DNA from: Spizellomyces punctatus DAOM BR117
Lineage: Eukaryota
Assembly (NCBI GenBank): GCA_000182565.2
Contig: KQ257465.1
Strand: one strand, 5' to 3'
Length of the DNA stretch: 25,189 bases
In this document: piece after piece, positions 1 through 11,866 of the stretch
Layout of the letters: the number at the start of each line of letters is the position of its first letter
How positions within the stretch are numbered: position 1 is the first letter of the stretch
The notes under the pieces: generated by a model
What the model was told of the DNA's origin: nothing
The model's database searches: none
Seen by the model: the letters and a program-made list of their open reading frames with translations, nothing else
Translations under genes and position numbers: made by a program

Positions 1-212
1 AAGTCTTCAAAGACAGGTGTCCGCGTGAGTTCCTCGTGCACTTTGGGTGGCCATTCTGGATGTTCTTGGGAACATCGTCTGCCTTCCTTTACCTGTATTC
101 ATACTTTTTGACAAATCATTGTAATCTTCAGTTGCTTATTCGTGGCAGTTTGACGACTTTTCCTCGACGTTCAATTGCCGAAACGCCGATTACCATATAA
201 CATTCTGTCCAG

Positions 213-2894
213 CGGCCGAGTGCGGGAAGGAAGCAAATGGAAAGGAGTGTCCCAACAATGCATGCTGCTCTTCATTCGGGACCTGTGGAGTCACAGAGAC
301 AGAATGCGGTGACGGGTGTCAGTCCAACTGTAACAGCTTGGACGATTTCCCTGGCCCTGGAACATGTGCGTCACCTCCTTTGACCATTGTTGTCGGGTAC
401 TATAGCAATACGGCGTACGGACGAGGGGAAAACCTGCCCAACTGCAAAGGGACGTTGAAAGCGATGGCCCCGGAAGACCTCCGACCGACCGGTTTTACTC
501 ATCTGAACTATGTAAGGTTACTTATTGATGTGGATTCCACAGAGCATAATCAGATCTGTGTGAGTCTCTCTCTGACAGACTCGTCTTCCACATTTAGGCA
601 TTCGGTGCGATATCCGTTGACTTCAAGCTTACCACCACTCGAAACGAGGATGACGATCTCATCAAGAGGTTCAATGGACTCAAGAGTTCGAACGGGAACT
701 TGAAGACCTTGTGGTCAATTGGTGGATGGGCCTTCAATAATCCAGGATCTGGGACGGAAACACGATTTTCCGACATGGTCTCGTCTCCGGCCAATCGAGC
801 CACGCTCATTGGCGATATTGTGCGGACAATCCCTGGACGTGGATTCGACGGAATTGACTTTGTACGTTGATTCGTCCTGTCGTCAATGCTCATCACTCTC
901 TACTGTCTTAACAGTGCCCCTTTCTTCTGCGTCTTGGAATTAATAGGACTGGGAGTATCCAGGCCCGGCGCGGGGTGGTAGGGATTCTGACCCCGCAAAC
1001 TTTGTGCAATTTCTCAAGGAACTCCGTCAGGCTTTTGACCGCAGCAATCTCAAACTGATCATTACTGTCACGGCTCCCCCAACTCAATTGAACCTTGCTG
1101 AATATGATCTGAAGACGTTAAAAGAAAATGTTGACTGGATCAACTTGATGACCTACGACTTTCATGGAGCCTCTCCCGCCGTTAACCAACCGGCGAATCC
1201 CGTCGACAATCGGCCACCACCCAATGCGTGGGGCAGCGAATCCTTGGGCGTCCAGCCGCACGCTAACAAATTTGATATCGACAATGCTCTGCGAGCGTAT
1301 CTCAAAGCCGGTGTTCCACGGGAAAAACTTGTCATGGGAATTGCGTTCTACGGTCGTTCGTACACGTTGATGCGTCCTGATTGCATCGACCCGGGATGTC
1401 CGTATTCCAGTGCCGGGAAACCGGGCGTGTGCACTAACGTCCCTGGGTTCATCAGTTACTCCGAGGTGCAGGCCCTCGATCGGACGCAAACTGCGGTAGA
1501 CAAAACTAGCATGAGCGCCGTAGCAAGTTCTGGTGATCAATGGATCTCGTAAGCAGACGATCTGATCGTTGTTCTAGATGTGGATTTAAGTTAACCAACT
1601 TTCACTAACTCACCATGCCGTCCTTTATAATATGCACCTCCGGCCTTTCACAGATATGAAAACCACGAAACAATTCAAGCAAAGATGGGCATCGCCGCCA
1701 AACAATGTCTCCCAGGTGTCGCCATTTGGTCTCTCGACCTCGATCCGGATGGTGTATTGCTTCTCTCTGTTACAGGCAATGCCAATACAGAGACTCCCAA
1801 TACAGGGTTTTGTACCGCTGACGGCCGCTGGAGAACGACCGCAGCTGGGCAGACGAGTTCCTACAATTGCCCATACGGAGAAGGATCGATAGTGCGACAC
1901 TGCGGCTCAGACGGCCGCTGGGGAGACGTGGTCAACAATTGTGCCGATGTCCATACTGGTGCGTGCTAGCAAGGTGTGGGGCGCGGCTGCTTCTTTTCGT
2001 GTTCTGATCTGACTTTCTACGGATGGATTCCGCTGCGAACATCCATTCCTGCCCTATTTCAGAGCATTTTGCGGATGATTTCAAGAATTGCAAAAATGGT
2101 CCCGATGTGGGCTCAACTATCGCATCTCTCAATTTGAATGACATTACAGTGGGTGCTGGAAGTAGCGGTCTTACTCGACGTCAGAGGCCTGGAGTGGCTG
2201 CTTTCCGAAACTCTACATCTCTCACGTCTGGCGATAATTTCCCAAACTCTACCGCAGCCATCACTCATGACCAGCCACTGAATGCTACAGCATCCCGTCC
2301 TCCAACACCCGGAACCGCCCGGGTTGCGGCAGCTGCCCTTCCAGTGCGCGTTGCCGATGCCCCCGCGCCTGCGAGCACCTTAAAGGATCTGTGGGATCTC
2401 ATGAAATACAACCCAGCGGCAGTCGACCTTCCGTATGCAGCTGGCATCTTTGCCAACACGCCAGCCACGCCTCCCTCGACAACGATTCACACCATTCTCC
2501 CACCCACTCAGAAACCTACAGTAGTTCCTCCGTCATCTACTACCAGTGCAGGTCATACTGCCACTCCCTCGGCCACGACGACGACCATACCATCACCTCC
2601 TTCAAATGGGGAATGCCGTTCTACTAATTGCGGAGTATACGATGGTAAGGATGCTCAGAAGGCGTTTTCCTCGTTTATTTTGATGAAAAATGGTTACTCA
2701 ATGTTCTGTTCGTTCCCGGCTATCGTCCATACTTCTTCTGTAATCATCGGGGTTACCATATAGTAACACAATATGTATGCTGTGATGGTCAGCTATGTCC
2801 AAACGTTGCTCCGAGACGTTGCGGGCCGGCGTGCTACGATCCGGCCATTTATACTTGCTGCAACAGTCAGCTGCAACCCAAGGGAACCTGTTAG
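213..2894 (+). CDS. GH18 chitinase with N-terminal CBM18 (hevein) module, Cys-rich module, Ser/Thr/Pro linker and C-terminal CBM52-like module; 5' end unresolved
   Basis: Manual splicing at GT-AG introns (~512-597, ~862-946, ~1549-1653, 1959-2062, 2645-2763) gives one frame. It contains hevein motif [36 protein letters not shown], intact catalytic FDGIDF|DWEYP (DxxDxDxE), [22 protein letters not shown] and WSLDLD, then CTADGRW...CGSDGRWG. The final exon reads [10 protein letters not shown]...[14 protein letters not shown] with stop TAG at 2892-2894. The signal-peptide exon was not resolved (a GTGAGT donor at 25 suggests the gene starts upstream of the window). Confidence 0.9.
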
Positions 2895-3028
2895 ACAGGA
2901 TCACACGCGATTGAGACACGACATTGTTATATCCGCTCAGGTTACAAGTGTGTGATGCTTAGTACTTTCGGGCATAGATTTAGTAGAGATAGAAATGCAA
3001 GACGTAGACTTTGGAAATGCTTCTGTTT

Positions 3029-3205
3029 NNNNNNNNNNNNNNNNNNNNNNNNNNNNNNNNNNNNNNNNNNNNNNNNNNNNNNNNNNNNNNNNNNNNNNNN
3101 NNNNNNNNNNNNNNNNNNNNNNNNNNNNNNNNNNNNNNNNNNNNNNNNNNNNNNNNNNNNNNNNNNNNNNNNNNNNNNNNNNNNNNNNNNNNNNNNNNNN
3201 NNNNN
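3029..3205. other. Assembly gap (run of N)
   Basis: 177 consecutive N. Confidence 1.
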
Positions 3206-3341
3206 ACCCGTTGTACCTAAAGGTTTCCAGGAGCGATGCAAAATGATGTCCCTTCATAACTCGCTGTTTACACATGCGTTCGATTTGCCTTGTGGTGATC
3301 CGGATGGGCGAACAATTGTTCGCCATTTTTCGGAAACTATC

Positions 3342-4974
3342 TTACGATGAAGAGTGGATTCTCGGATACTGTTTCCAAACAACATAATCAGATGGAATGG
3401 CCCCAGATCGCTTGCCGTGCTCGTCCCGATCATAGATTTTAGCAACCACAAAAAACCCGTCTTTGTGGGAGGAATCGTAGGGGATGTCGAAGTAAAGCCT
3501 TTGCCTGTGCATAGGCTCTATGATCTGGCATCTTCTCCGGCGTATATTTGGGCTGAAAAGCACGGTGCCGTCCACGGTTGGAAACAGCATGGGGGCAGCG
3601 GGACTTTCGTATTCGTCATCGTCCTCGTCGTCCCCGTCATCAAATGACTTTTCATCCTCCAAACCAAACGGATCTTCAATCGTGGCAACTTGTTGTAGAG
3701 AAATAAGATCGAATACTGTAATGTTTTCTGACGAGTGAACGAATAAATGTGTTCGCGTCATGTGATACCCATTATCGGGGGGTAGTTGAATGCGATGCTC
3801 TGGATGAACCAATGCGTACTCGTCAGACTCGGCAATAAGGTAATTATCGGCGATGCGAACCAGACGAAAAATGTCCTCTCCGTCAGCATCTTGAGTAACG
3901 TATCCCAGCATTTTCTCGTTGAATGCAGCGGGTGTGGCAGATGGTACTTGAAAGAGCTTCCGAAGATAGTATGTTGGTGGACCGGAGGGAGACGGCGGCG
4001 TGTCTGATGCAGAGACAGCTTCGCCGGGAGTGATAGGGTTGCCGACTATTTCCCACACGTCCAGCGGGCCCAATTGAGTGTCCCGTCTACGAGTTACACA
4101 TATTCGTCCACAAACGCTTGCAAACGTGTTGGCCGCCGTGTTGATTTTGTGAGACCAGCTAGAGGCATGGACCAGGTATTCCTGCCCTCTCATATCGTCA
4201 AGTACGAAAAAGGGGCTCGCCAGAGACGGTACTAGCGTGGTCACCGGAGTGTGTCGTACAGATCGGGATAGCTCCGCTAGATTCAGCTGCCATGTTTTTG
4301 TAGCTGAGATAGCATGGCAGAATGCCCGACGACACAAAAGAGTGAAGGGCCTTTCAGCTTCAGCTTTAAAAGAAAAAGAACCGAAGTGACCTCAGCGGCT
4401 TACGCTCAAAAGGGTATGATGTATGCACTACGGAGCTGCCCACAACATGGAAGCGAGCATGCGAGTCTTCCACCGGCTGACGATGAAACGCTCCGACGCA
4501 CGTTACTGCCTTTCCACACGGGCCCGAAACGGGAGGTAAATTCTTTTTGCATACACCAGTATGAGTGGGAAGTGGGGTCTCCGGCCAAGGACGCGACCAA
4601 GCACCGGAAGACAACACAAGATCCCTCCATGTCTCGTTGACGTCGTAGAGATCCGGGGCAGTGCCGGGAAAGAAGGTAATGTGCAAGAGACGTTTCCAAA
4701 TGTGAGCTTGACCAACGGGCCCGCGGATCAGCCCACACCAGCTCACGGAAACCTGTTCACAGACAAGCAGATCTGACCAGCTGCAGAAAGCAAAGATCCG
4801 GAGTAGCACATCTGTGGAGCTCACTACCGCCTGCCCTTGCCCTTTTCTTGACCCCATTGTTGAATCGAATCGAAAGTGCGGTTTGAGAAGAGTGTGCGGT
4901 GTGTTTCCCGCGGTCTCATTCTGTGTCATAGCTCCAGCTTTAGATAGATGAAGACCGTCGGGTCCGCTGTGCAT
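3342..4974 (-). CDS. F-box domain protein
   Basis: ORF 4366-4974 has the F-box pattern TDVLLRIFAFCSWSDLLVCEQVSVSW...IWK. It is followed on the same strand by the beta-rich ORF 3342-4337, probably joined by a short intron near 4350-4390. The start codon is uncertain (4974 or 4857). Confidence 0.75.
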
Positions 4975-5347
4975 CCTTGCATGTCCATTCCAATATGTAC
5001 GTAATCAATAGTGTCTTGGCAAGAACTAGTGTCACACACAATACACCAATGTGGATTGAACCACTGGATAACCAGCCCTTAAAGCCAACTAGCTAACTCC
5101 TTACAAGTAACAAACTATCACTATGTCTCCCACCTTACTAAGACGCATACAAGCCACCCCCGACCCCCCGACCCGCACCGCTGACCAGGCGGGCATCTTA
5201 CAATCGCCGGCCCAGATAGTGCCCCAAACGTCGATCTAACAGAACGTAAGGATCCCTCCCAGCGCTGCGATTTAGTAGTAGATTGGGACCTAGTAGTAGG
5301 ATATAGCAGAAACCCATGTGTACCCCCGCATTATACTAAGAACCGTG

Positions 5348-5364
5348 AACCCTAACCCTAACCC
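5348..5364. repeat. Short interstitial telomere-like (CCCTAA)n tract
   Basis: aaccctaaccctaaccc in the F-box/GPCR intergenic region. Confidence 0.6.
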
Positions 5365-5580
5365 ATTGAGGAAATGGATCAGAAGATGGTTTAGCTCTAC
5401 CAACAGTGGTTGAGCTCTACTGACTGCGATCTCATCTGAAAGTCCTTACATTCCAGTCGCACTCTGGAAAATTTCACCATTGCATCCATTCCTAGTGACA
5501 TCTAGTTATGGGCATCCCTGCCCACTCAATACCCAATCATGTCTGTACTGCTATACTATCGAGTGAGCATACTTCTCCTC

Positions 5581-8500
5581 TCAGACCTCAGAGTCATCTA
5601 ATGTGCTCTTAGCTGCTTTGCCGTTCTCGGCAAAACCACTGATACGACTCAAAGACCCAGGCCCATGCACCTTGGGAATTACCTTGTTCGATTTTTCGCT
5701 CTGATTTGTTACAGAACCGGGATTGCTTGATGCGGGTCTGTTAGCCCTACTATTGGGAATCACATCGGATGTACGACGGCAAAGTTTGGCGATCAACGTG
5801 GCCCATTCCTCCAGTTCTTGCGCTGATGGGACTCGGACGGTAACACTCGAGGCTGGATCAGTGGAATGGCGGAGGCGGAGGGTGTAAATGCCCTCGGACT
5901 CTTCGACTTGGGTGGAGAACTCGTAAGTTAAAAGTGGAAAGTAGCGACACGTCTGGAATTGGGGGCGAGGGGGTGTTAGATAGCTTAACTCCAGGACATG
6001 AAACTATCGTACCGTTGCTGCATGCTTCTTTGCACCTCCGGCGAGCAGTGCAATAGCTTTATCTGCATAGACAATAAGTGTCCTTTCGGCCCAGAAGGAA
6101 ACCATTGATTGACGATCAGACACCCAAACTTTCCCGTACTTGGTCTAACATTTGAACCGTGAGCGCCGAGGTAGGTTTAAGGTAGAAAACGACAATGCAG
6201 CCTACCGCCGTTTTGGAAACCGAGTTAACCGCCCAACTATCCGTCGTTGGATCCTTTTTCTTTCGAATTCCACTTCGCAAAAGATCATTGTTGCTCCTAT
6301 TCGCCTGGCGCGATTGCCACAGTTGAAATAATTTGTTTCCGAACAAGATACCAAGCGTGAGAAACACGGCTGCGTATGTGGCAATGACCTTGATGATCAA
6401 GTATCCAGAGTAGGAGATATCGAGAAGGAAGAGTATGGGGAGGACAAAAATCATGATTCCGCTGTAAGCGTAGAGAACGTACCCCAAAGATTTGCTCTCG
6501 CTGAACTGTTTAGGAAGGTTACGGGTGGCGAAGGCCATAAAGCCTCCGGCAATGAGCAGAAGGACTGTGTATCCGAAGAGGATGCCTGTGATTATAGAGG
6601 CGTTGGATGTCAGACGAAGCAGAGCATTGCAGCACAACAGGTATACGCTACCGCACCCTGCACAGCCCATTGTCGAGGACCCGTTGAGGAAGCGCAGAAA
6701 GCCCGGGACTCTACCAAACTGGGGCTAATGATATTGTAAACTTCTTTCTGTGGACGCGGTGGGTCTACAATGGTCCATACTAGAACAATGACCTAATTGC
6801 AGCAATCGTTACTCCTACATCAACAGCTGGCCGACCCTGCATTTTTGGCGACGTACCACATAAATGCCAGCTACAGTGGCGAGCCAGGAAAACATGTGCT
6901 TGTTTGTGGTACCGATCTTTCTTGCGCCTTGTCTCCTGAAGATTGCGAAAAGACGGAAAGTTTTTACAAGCAAACTGCCTAGAACGAGACCCAGGCCACA
7001 AGGGATGAGCCAGGCAGCAGCAACGCAAGCCGCCTGAGATGGTTCTCCCAGGAGAGTTACTGGGTAGAAGGTGCCAGTCAAAATACCGATGAGTGTAGTG
7101 GCTAAAATTGGCGGACTGTTTGCCTGTTCGTTCGCCGAAACAGAGTGGGTGAGACGTGCTGAACGGCTCATCAATGACTCGGCCCACCTTGAAAATTGGG
7201 TTACTCCATTCGTTCGCCAAGATAACCATCACTAATAAAATAGCAAGCACAGCAATGGCACACAGAACAATAGTAAAGGTACCCATCCCGTCATGGACAT
7301 CGACCGTGGTCAACAGCGTGGTGACTTGCAATACATCCGAAGGCCTCATTGTACCCCCGTTGAAATATACGGGCTCCGCATAACGTGTGACGTAAGTGGC
7401 CTTTTCCCCTGCCTTATCCCATGTGCCAAACGGAATCCAGGAGTCAGTACCATAATCATAGTATAATATATCCATGGCTGCAAGTCGGTCGCCGTATTCA
7501 TCCAGTGCCAGCGAGCCGGTGACACCTTGTTTCTCCGGAAAGGAGAAATCTTCTGGAACAGTAAACCTAAATCCACTGGTGTGTATATCAGCGAGATCCG
7601 AGAAGGTGACTGTGTTACTTTTCAGAAGCTTGTCAAAGCCGTAGACCATCATCTCGAGACTATTAAGGAGAAGCGATTGATTAAGAACCGGGCATTGTCA
7701 TTCAGATGAGAGGAAATGTACCAGCCGGCGAAAAACATAGCATAGCTCGTGGGAGATGCCGACATATCGCCATTGGCATATTCCATTTGCCAGGCAGGAA
7801 GAAAGGTATTCTTATAAATGTCTCCGGAAGCTTCGCGAGGGTAAGGCTGCCAAACACCGTGCCATAGTCGAAGCTCAGCAGGTTCAAGGCCGCCCGCATC
7901 TGGGTTGTTCGGATCCATAGCATGGATAAGAGACGGATCACTGTACGCAATCCACTGATAGTCGGTAGACACCATTCCACGTTTCTCGGCCTCTTTCAGA
8001 ATACCCGTCAACCCCTCAGGGGCGCCGAAATAGACCAGAACCGTCGCAGCAGACTCAATCACTTTGCTGACGAGAAGGGAGAAGTCGTCATTGTCCGGAT
8101 AGAATGTCTGCACGGTGGCGATGTCAACCTTCATGAACTTCGCATACTCGATCGCCCTTGTAAGTAACCCCGTGCCCATGTTGTCAGTCGGAGCGATGAA
8201 ACCTATTTGGAGACGTTCAGCTTTGAAAATCAGTCATAATACATCATATCGCTTCCCCTTACTTACCCAACCGGGTCCAGGACGTGTTCAACACAAGGTT
8301 GATTGTCGCCTCAGCAGCCAAGTTATCATTCGGAATGGTACGAAAGAAGTTGGGATAATCATTCCTGCTCGACAGCCCAGCATTCGCGGACGAACCATCG
8401 CAAACAGGCATTCCGAAAAAGTTTGCCGCCGCAGCCAGACCCTTTGTGGCATCAGAGTATCCGGCACCGATGACTGCCGTTACTCCATCAATCAAGGCCA

Positions 8501-8866
8501 GATGAATGGCCGAATTGATTGAGGTTGAAGCAGTCGGAATCAGGACATCTGGATCTGGATCCCAGTTGTCGTTCACGATGAGCTGAATGGGGGGGGGAGG
8601 TTGGGTCAACGAGCTTCAGATCCTGATGAATATCCGATTGGCTCAGAAGCTGGGTAAGCCGGAGGTTGGTGACATTGAGGACCTTGAAACACCAGTCTTG
8701 GTCCGCACCGTAAAAGTCCAGACTAAATGGAGAGGTGTTAGTAGGGTGTCTGCCATTGGAAAACAGGACGCGCTGCCTACCTGATACCGATTCTGATGCT
8801 CGCAGGAGTAGCAGAAACCAACGCAAGAAGCGGAAGACCAAGTAGAAAAAGACAAAGCGAAGGCAT
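5581..8866 (-). CDS. Class C (GABA-B/mGluR-like) GPCR: signal peptide, ANF-receptor/Venus-flytrap domain, 7tm_3 domain, PH-like tail
   Basis: ATG 8866 begins MPSLCLFLLGLPLLALVSA (signal peptide). VFT motifs are AVIGAGYS, LSSRNDYPNFFRTIPND and GVTGSLALDEYGDR. 7tm_3 motifs are GLVLGSLLVKTFRLFAIF and AFATRNLPKQFSESKSLG. There are several GT-AG introns and the stop is at 5581-5583. One +1 frameshift lies in a 9-nt homopolymer at 8589-8597. Confidence 0.88.
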
Positions 8867-9105
8867 CTTTGATTGTTAACAGATCGGTACGTTGATATAG
8901 TAAGTGTTATCTGAACAAACACAGCAAGACTTCTTAATATACGGGTTATGGATGGGTTTCAGGAATGTGGGAATTTTGAGGACAACGATATCTATTGTTC
9001 GATAGCCGTGATCTATTCATACGAGGCCTAAGTAACCCTCATCCACCGACGTCACATTTTTAGGCCTAACCCTTTACATTACATTAACCTTTGCTCATCA
9101 TTCAT

Positions 9106-9127
9106 TAACCCTAACCCTAACCCCTAA
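9106..9127. repeat. Short interstitial telomere-like (CCCTAA)n tract
   Basis: taaccctaaccctaacccctaa. Confidence 0.65.
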
Positions 9128-9329
9128 GTTCAGCTCAATTGTTATAAATAAACATTACGGGCGGATCGAGCTGCATTGTTTGGGAACAATCAACCTTGGT
9201 AATAAGTACGCGTTACCAGCAGATGGACCTGCATTGTTTGCGAACAATACACCATAAAGGGAGGCGTTGCATGATAGCGACAAAATATTGAGCTGAACTA
9301 GACTGGCTTATTGTTACCAAACAATGCTG
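9127..9329. repeat. 13-bp inverted repeat (possible MITE) plus three ATTGTT-N4-AACAAT motifs in a divergent intergenic region
   Basis: agttcagctcaat (9127-9139) pairs with attgagctgaact (9287-9299). ctgcattgtttg(g/c)gaacaat occurs at 9171-9190 and 9229-9248, with an inverted copy at 9310-9329. Confidence 0.6.
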
Positions 9330-9580
9330 CACATAATTCCATCCGTCAGTAACATTGTGCTTAGTGCACCTCGCAACTTTTTGTGAACGGGAATAGTAAG
9401 AGGCAATCTGTCAATACAGTAAAACCTTTCTACCAAGACGATGCAAACATTGTTAACATCGGATGGCGCACTTCTTATTTTTTTGCATCAAATGCACATG
9501 CGTACCTTGCGGTAGACAAATAGCCACATGCGTATCCCACTCCCGACCTCAGAAATGCTACTGCTGAAGGCACAAAAATC

Positions 9581-10662
9581 ATGCCATCCCAGGATCGTAC
9601 AGCTGAAGATCTTACCATCGCTTTTGCCGCCATCGCGCTGGCCGTGCAAATAAGGTTGCATTTAGATCTTCCTTGACGCTCGAAATACGAAGTTTAACTC
9701 CCCTTCCCCTAGAAACTGTTACTACGCGCTTGGCTGACTTCGCGGCCAGCGCACGCCCTTCACCGTCGCACTTACCGTTGAATCCCTTTTGTATTTGGCC
9801 TTTGCTATATCCAATGTTGTCCGTGCGCAGAAACCGTACTTCAATGACGCCGTGAGCAACGCTTGCGCAGATTTCTTCTGGAATGCGGGATGTTTGATTC
9901 ATGTCTTGCTGGTGTTGTTCAGGTTTCGACTGTTCAATACGAACTGGTACAATCCGGTCATTGATCGAACCATGGTTGTGGTAAGTGGAGAGAAAGATGT
10001 GGGCTCTGATGTGGGCATCTCAACAGTAACTCCTTTACAAAAGGCCACGGGGGTTTTCTGGATGATCACTTCATTTCCAGGACTTCTGATGACTTTTTAC
10101 CAGGCAGCAAAAGAGCCTGTAATCGGAACGGTCGACAATTACGAAGGCGGCTTTCCTTTCGAGAGAGTAGAATCAGGCCTCTACGCAGCTTTCATTCTTT
10201 ACCTGCTCAGTCTTGACACCGTTATACCGATTCTTATATACAAACGGCTGTTAAAGATCAAACGAGAAAGCTCATGCGGGGCTGAGGCGCAGATAGTGAA
10301 TGATCAAGCGCATAGACGATCAATTTACGCCATGGCTGGATTAATCTGGTAGGTTTGCTGTTCTTTGCAAGTCACGCAAAATGTCTGAAAAGCTAATTCC
10401 TTTTGTCGTGACAGCGCGAGCTGGATTGGCCTCACCGTCTACATTGTCAAGTCCATCCCAGGAGTCGTCCCGAATGAGTTGGAACCGAACCCTAGCGCAA
10501 CTGGCCTATGTCTTCGGTCTGACGCACATGTCGTTCTCTGCCATCTTCCTTGTTGCAGTCAAACAGGTACTAAATGGATATTCAAAGCAAAAGAATGGTA
10601 GCTCTGTTCCAGTTAGCAGCAGCACGCGTAATGTCAACACTAAGGGTTCTAGAGAGGGTTAG
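9581..10662 (+). pseudogene. Multi-pass membrane protein gene (possibly receptor-like) with premature stop and frameshift
   Basis: ATG 9581 (MPSQDRTAEDLTIAFAAIALAVQI). Intron 9655-9712 leads in frame to TGA 9735-9737, then several hydrophobic segments (ORF 9789-10352). After the intron at ~10349-10414 a one-base shift near 10480 is needed to reach LAQLAYVFGLTHMSFSAIFLVAV. Confidence 0.6.
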
Positions 10663-10746
10663 GGTTAGGATCAAGGTTGGTGTCTATTACATGGGTTAGG
10701 GTTGAGGGTTTTTTTTCCAAATTTTTTAGTGTTAGGGTTAGGGTTT
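10655..10746. repeat. Cluster of telomere-like (TTAGGG)n tracts
   Basis: agggttagggttagg, gggttagggttgaggg and gttagggttagggttt within ~90 bp. Confidence 0.65.
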
Positions 10747-11266
10747 AAAGTTCTTATTCTTAGTGCGGGGTTACAAATGCATTCTAATCTACTATTACTA
10801 CCATATCCTATCATATGTAACCCAACTAGAAAGCATGAGTGTGTTGATGCGGGTTCAAGTCTAGGAAACCTTGCAAATGCGTTGCTCGTGTCAGGAATGC
10901 CTGGAAAGCCGAACCCACGCCCGCAGAGTTTGTAAATACAAATCGGTAGCTTTTGGGGAATCTCTCGGAAAACAGAGATCCATCAAAGAGCGCCACATTA
11001 CTTGTGTAACTGTGGAAATTTTCCGGTGGCCTAGCCGTCTGACTGGATGCCCAAGCCTGCGCTGGCTGCCTTGTGCGTGGCCTCCTGCATTGCCTGGCTG
11101 GAACGGATGGATATATTTTCGATTTGCTTTTGATTATCAGAATAATACTGGGCTCTCCATGCTGTACAGGCACATCTTTCAGCAGGGTGTTTCTCGTGCA
11201 CAATCGTCATACCAGAAAAGATACACTACGCTGCCACAACTCAATACTACACCGCCGACGCCAACC

Positions 11267-11866
11267 ATGTCCAATCTCTCCCGATCACATCCTCACATTA
11301 CAGCATTTACTCTTCATCCATTACTGACTTCAAATGAATGCCGATCACTCATTGCTTACACAGAATCCAAAGGCTACATTCCAGCCCTGCTAAATAACGG
11401 CACAGGAGCAGAAAAATACGCCCCAAACATTCGAAAATCCTCGCGATGCATCATCGACTCCTGCGAATTATCAACCCAGATCTGGTCTCGAATCCAACCT
11501 TTTCTGCAAAACAACATTCCACTGAACATAGATAAGAACAGTCTATCACTCAATCCTCGCTTGCGGTTCCTAAAATATCAGCCCAAGGATTTTTTTCTGC
11601 GGCATCGGGACGGATCTCATGTGTCTCCCTCGGGTGCAGTTTCCAAGTATACTCTGCAAATTTGGTTGACTGATGCTTCCGAATATCATGGTGGACAGAC
11701 AGCATTTTGGTTTGGGAAAGGGAGAGAGAGGGAGATGGTTGAAGTTGTTGGAAAAGTTGGAATGGCGGTGGTTTTTGAGCAAGAGGTTCTGCATGAGGGA
11801 AGAGAGGTGGAGATAGGATGTAAATTTGTGGTTAGGACGGATATCATGGTTGGGGATTGTGTATAG
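11267..11866 (+). CDS. 2OG-Fe(II) oxygenase (prolyl-4-hydroxylase-like), intronless
   Basis: LLTSNECRSLI...RKSSRCIID...LNPRLRFLKY...FLRHRDG (HxD), GGQTAF, VLHEG (distal His), KFVVRTD. ATG 11267 is in frame with ORF 10871-11866. Confidence 0.9.
   Translation: MSNLSRSHPHITAFTLHPLLTSNECRSLIAYTESKGYIPALLNNGTGAEKYAPNIRKSSRCIIDSCELSTQIWSRIQPFLQNNIPLNIDKNSLSLNPRLRFLKYQPKDFFLRHRDGSHVSPSGAVSKYTLQIWLTDASEYHGGQTAFWFGKGREREMVEVVGKVGMAVVFEQEVLHEGREVEIGCKFVVRTDIMVGDCV

Noticed and set aside
2937-3350. ORFs spanning the N run
   Set aside because: Artefacts of the assembly gap.
7371-7380. GGGCTCCGCA resembling the Fanzor terminus
   Set aside because: A short chance match inside GPCR coding sequence.
10871-11266. 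132-aa N-terminal extension of the oxygenase ORF
   Set aside because: Starts at TTG and has no protein-like character. ATG 11267 directly precedes the domain.
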